IMG/VR virus record: IMGVR_UViG_3300021431_000076
Coordinates: 64,001 to 128,000 of that record
Length of the DNA stretch: 64,000 bases
Strand: one strand, 5' to 3'
DNA from: a virus
Lineage: Duplodnaviria > Caudoviricetes
In this document: one piece after another, positions 61,817 through 64,000 of the stretch
Layout of the letters: every line of letters begins with the position of its first letter
Numbering within the stretch: position 1 is the stretch's first letter
Notes under the pieces: model-generated
Seen by the model: the letters and a program-made list of their open reading frames with translations, nothing else
Database searches by the model: none
Told to the model about the DNA's origin: nothing
Program-made: the position numbers and the translations under genes

Positions 61817-63781
61817 ATGGCAGATTATACAAATAGACTTAACGTCATTGCTAATATAATCGACCCAATAACTAGAACTATTTATGTATATCCTGTTAAG
61901 GATGCTTATCTTTCTGAAGAAGAAGCAGTATTTCCTCATGGTATACAGAAAATGTTATTGGTAAATAATTCTACTGTTGGAAGAGCTAATAAAACCATTA
62001 TGGCTTTTGATATTCCACAAATAAAAGATATTCAATATGAGAATCTTGTTTCGGTAGAATTGATTTTGCAAACAATAGTTGTTCCAAGAAGAGATGTAAA
62101 TATCGGATTCAAATATCATGAAGATAACGGATGGGTTGAAGACGGTACTACTTACTTAGGTCAACCTCAAGATGAACCAGAATTTGTCCAAATGAAAACT
62201 CTAGGTTCACTTGATAGAAATCTAGTATATGATATTACTGATATCTTTACTTCTCATGAGAATAAAGAATTCCATTTCCCAATTACTATAATGGAAGAGG
62301 AATCTAACGTATCAGGAGCTCCAGTAATATTTAACTCTAGAGAAGCAGGACCAAAACTGTCTCCAGTAGTTAAAATTTCTTATTACTATTTTCCTGAGAT
62401 AATAGATGCTGCTAAATTAGACAGTAGTCTTACTATCAGAAGAAATGTTCCTAATGATACTGAACCATATCCTTATCTTCCTGGTCAGCTTGAAATCTGG
62501 GGAGGAACATATAAAACACAGTTAGATGGTGAATTGACAATAAAAGCTATTCCTGTACCAGATCCTAATGCAGATCCTCCAGTAGAAGCTCCAGAACTTC
62601 CTGGTACTATTAATGTAAAAAGAAGTTATTATAACTTCTTAGACGGTCAGTTGACAATTCGTCAGAATAAACAAAAGGAACTAGATGGTAGAATAGATGT
62701 GAATTTCTATATTACTAGACCTGGTGCTCCTAATATAGATGATCCTCCTGCTAAATTACCATCTGATGGTAGATGGGTACAACCAATACCAATTCCATAT
62801 CTTGAAGGTTCTGTAGAAGTAAAAATCTTCCCTGTTCCTGATCCTACTGCTGATCCTCCAGTAGAAGCACCATTTATTGAAGGTCAGTTAAATATTAAAG
62901 ATCTAAAAGATCTAGATGGACAATTAACTATACCTAAATACCATGCAGATGATGGTGGTCCAGATTATGTAGGACCTGATGGAACTCCACATAAATTTGG
63001 TCCTTCTTCTCCTCTTAATGGTCAAATCAATATCAAAGTTAAAGATCTAAAAGATCTAGATGGACAATTAACTATACCTAAATACCATGCAGATGATGGT
63101 GGTCCAGATTATGTAGGACCTGATGGAACTCCACATAAATTTGGTCCTTCTTCTCCTCTTAATGGTCAAATCAATATCAAAGTTAAAGATCTAAAAGATC
63201 TAGATGGACAATTAACTATACCTAAATACCATGCAGATCTTAATCCAGATCCTGCTGAGCCTATTAATCCTAGTGCTATAGATGGCACTCCAGATGCACA
63301 TGATAAATATGTTCATTATTCTAAATTAGATGGTGCAATTACCATAAAACGGCATGTTCCTAGCGACACTCCTATTAGTGGTGAAGAAATTCCTGATTTA
63401 GATGGTGAAGTATTCATTAAAATACATAAAGCTATTATCAATGGAGTTCCTGGACCAATTTTAGATGGCGCAATTAATATTAATAGAACTTATGAAATAT
63501 ATCATCCTGCTGATGATTTAGAAGGTCAACTTAATATTAGAGAAACTGCTGCTTTAGATTCTCAATTATCTATAAACTTCTATACTGAATCTACTGATCT
63601 TGATGGTCAATTAAATATTCCTGATAGTGTAGATCTAGAAGGTAGTTTAGTAGTTAAACAAAATAAAAATGCTAATCTAAATGCTAAATTTAAAATCAAT
63701 GGTCGTGGATTTAAAGATATGATAGGTTCTCTCAATATAGATGATTCTTCTAGTGGTTCTTATGCATTCATTATAGACTAA
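61817..63781 (+). CDS. structural protein with LDGQLxI repeats
   Basis: N-terminal P.KDAY..FD..FNSREA..P domain (DNRLRE-like), then many LDG.L.I units. Confidence 0.6.
   Translation: MADYTNRLNVIANIIDPITRTIYVYPVKDAYLSEEEAVFPHGIQKMLLVNNSTVGRANKTIMAFDIPQIKDIQYENLVSVELILQTIVVPRRDVNIGFKYHEDNGWVEDGTTYLGQPQDEPEFVQMKTLGSLDRNLVYDITDIFTSHENKEFHFPITIMEEESNVSGAPVIFNSREAGPKLSPVVKISYYYFPEIIDAAKLDSSLTIRRNVPNDTEPYPYLPGQLEIWGGTYKTQLDGELTIKAIPVPDPNADPPVEAPELPGTINVKRSYYNFLDGQLTIRQNKQKELDGRIDVNFYITRPGAPNIDDPPAKLPSDGRWVQPIPIPYLEGSVEVKIFPVPDPTADPPVEAPFIEGQLNIKDLKDLDGQLTIPKYHADDGGPDYVGPDGTPHKFGPSSPLNGQINIKVKDLKDLDGQLTIPKYHADDGGPDYVGPDGTPHKFGPSSPLNGQINIKVKDLKDLDGQLTIPKYHADLNPDPAEPINPSAIDGTPDAHDKYVHYSKLDGAITIKRHVPSDTPISGEEIPDLDGEVFIKIHKAIINGVPGPILDGAININRTYEIYHPADDLEGQLNIRETAALDSQLSINFYTESTDLDGQLNIPDSVDLEGSLVVKQNKNANLNAKFKINGRGFKDMIGSLNIDDSSSGSYAFIID
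62897..63237 (+). repeat. 144-bp perfect in-frame tandem repeat, ~2.4 copies
   Basis: Unit starts at 62897, 63041 and 63185. Confidence 0.9.
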
Positions 63782-63898
63782 TCAAAATTATGCAATCCTA
63801 GGGATTGATTCCCTAGGATTGTTTTTCTTAGACATGTGTGTAAAGAGAGGTTTCTCTTTATGCATAAATAGAAACAAAATATAAGGAGGTTTCGTAAT

Positions 63899-64000
63899 AT
63901 GGCTGCTCCGTCTATTACAGTTGTTAATGCTTCTTCAAATACAACCCAGACTAACTGGTCTGCTGGTGTTGTTAAAGCTAGTCAGAGTTCCAATGTTTTA
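63899..64000 (+). CDS. 5' part of late structural protein (truncated)
   Basis: AAGGAGG SD; MAAPSITVVNASSNTTQTNW...; late promoter 63831-63843. Confidence 0.6.
   Translation, partial: MAAPSITVVNASSNTTQTNWSAGVVKASQSSNVL

Noticed and set aside
1-64000. Stop-codon reassignment, introns/inteins, tRNAs
   Set aside because: Genes are long and dense in the standard code, I saw no interrupted core gene or intein motifs, and no cloverleaf in the intergenic gaps.

Overview
AT-rich 64 kb segment of a jumbo myophage of the phiKZ/AR9(PBS1)-like type. Strong AAGGAGG Shine-Dalgarno (SD) sites suggest a Firmicutes host (inference). Core genes: tail sheath-tube-portal (T4 18-19-20 order), a T4 gp13-like neck protein, an SF2 helicase, the C-terminal half of a multisubunit RNA polymerase beta' subunit, and a family B DNA polymerase split into two genes on opposite strands. 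From ~39.6 kb to the end is a block of large virion/tail appendage proteins (beta-propeller, LamG-like, Ig-like, C-type-lectin-like). Two phage promoter classes can be read from the sequence: early TATA(T/C)TAT and late nACA-N6-TA. Mapping these promoters and the terminators exposes small transcription units that the ORF track misses. These are a 6S-RNA-like hairpin with UAUAAU in its central bubble (18044-18215, -), three late non-coding transcripts carrying anti-SD or anti-start-codon sequences, a stand-alone 13-aa early peptide gene, and an attenuator-like leader ahead of the DNA polymerase operon. Together they suggest an undescribed small-RNA/micropeptide layer for host takeover. All assignments come from reading motifs by eye; no database search or folding program was run.
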